From: Vulcanimicrobiota bacterium
GTDB lineage: Bacteria; Vulcanimicrobiota; Vulcanimicrobiia; Vulcanimicrobiales; Vulcanimicrobiaceae
Length of the DNA stretch: 64,000 bases
Assembly: GCA_963826325.1 (NCBI GenBank)
Contig: CAWGWT010000004.1
Location: 6,031 to 70,030 of the forward strand
Reading direction: 5' to 3'
Shown: one piece after another, positions 63,908 to 64,000 of the stretch
How positions within the stretch are numbered: the stretch's first letter is position 1
Layout: each line of letters begins with the position of its first letter
The notes under the pieces: generated by a model
Seen by the model: only the letters and a program-made list of their open reading frames with translations
What the model was told of the DNA's origin: nothing
Databases searched by the model: none
Position numbers and translations under genes: made by a program

Positions 63908-64000
63908 CGTACCTCCAAAAGTTAAGCTCGCAGTTTCGGTTCGGTAAGCCTAGACGCGGGAGGTGAAGAAACTCTGAAGGATGCGCAGCAGGCCGCGAGG

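Noticed and set aside
1-64000. CRISPR arrays, tRNA/rRNA genes, transposases, integrases, prophage or defence-island genes
   Set aside because: Scanning both strands and the ORF track showed no direct-repeat/spacer arrays, no tRNA T-arm-like GGTTCGAATCC motifs, and no recombinase, helicase or nuclease clusters.

Overview
GC-rich, densely coding bacterial chromosome (strong GC3 bias, about 70 genes, many ATGA/GTGA start-stop overlaps). I saw no rRNA, tRNA, CRISPR array, transposase, integrase or phage genes. The gene content suggests an uncultured diderm lineage: a TolC-family outer membrane factor, an outer-membrane-like beta-barrel protein and futalosine-pathway menaquinone genes (mqnB, mqnD). 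Left to right the window holds: an efflux adaptor plus TolC pair; cell-surface proteins; folD; a sufR/sufCDSU Fe-S cluster locus; DUF485-actP; several small unknown genes; an ECF sigma module; an EF-G paralog; two peptide-type substrate-binding proteins; pyrE; bcp; an operon of electron transfer flavoprotein-ubiquinone oxidoreductase (ETF-QO) followed by thiO, thiS and thiG; amino-acid catabolism genes; a 2-oxoacid dehydrogenase cluster with duplicated E1-alpha; queDE; mqnBD; a NamZ-like muramidase; tyrA-aroH; glcDE; trxB. The best candidate for an undescribed system is at 26292-29294. There an ECF sigma factor is translationally coupled to a cytoplasmic zf-HC2 anti-sigma domain fused to a complete O6-alkylguanine-DNA alkyltransferase (PCHRV site intact). 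Next to it is a PHP phosphoesterase with a roughly 190-aa histone-H1-like Lys/Ala/Pro tail. Together these could form an alkylation-damage-sensing sigma switch. Other notable items are two large palindromic intergenic elements (23095-23201 and 40669-40947), a minus-strand terminator inside a structured 5' leader (25956-26291), and a CuAO-N/proline-linker/beta-barrel protein. Caveat: at least seven single-base frameshifts interrupt conserved genes (TolC x2, actP, substrate-binding protein x2, thiS, thiO), mostly in short G/C/A runs. Several genes also lack a canonical start codon ahead of clearly conserved N-termini. Consensus indel errors are as likely as true pseudogenes. All functional calls come from reading the translations by eye; no database search was run.
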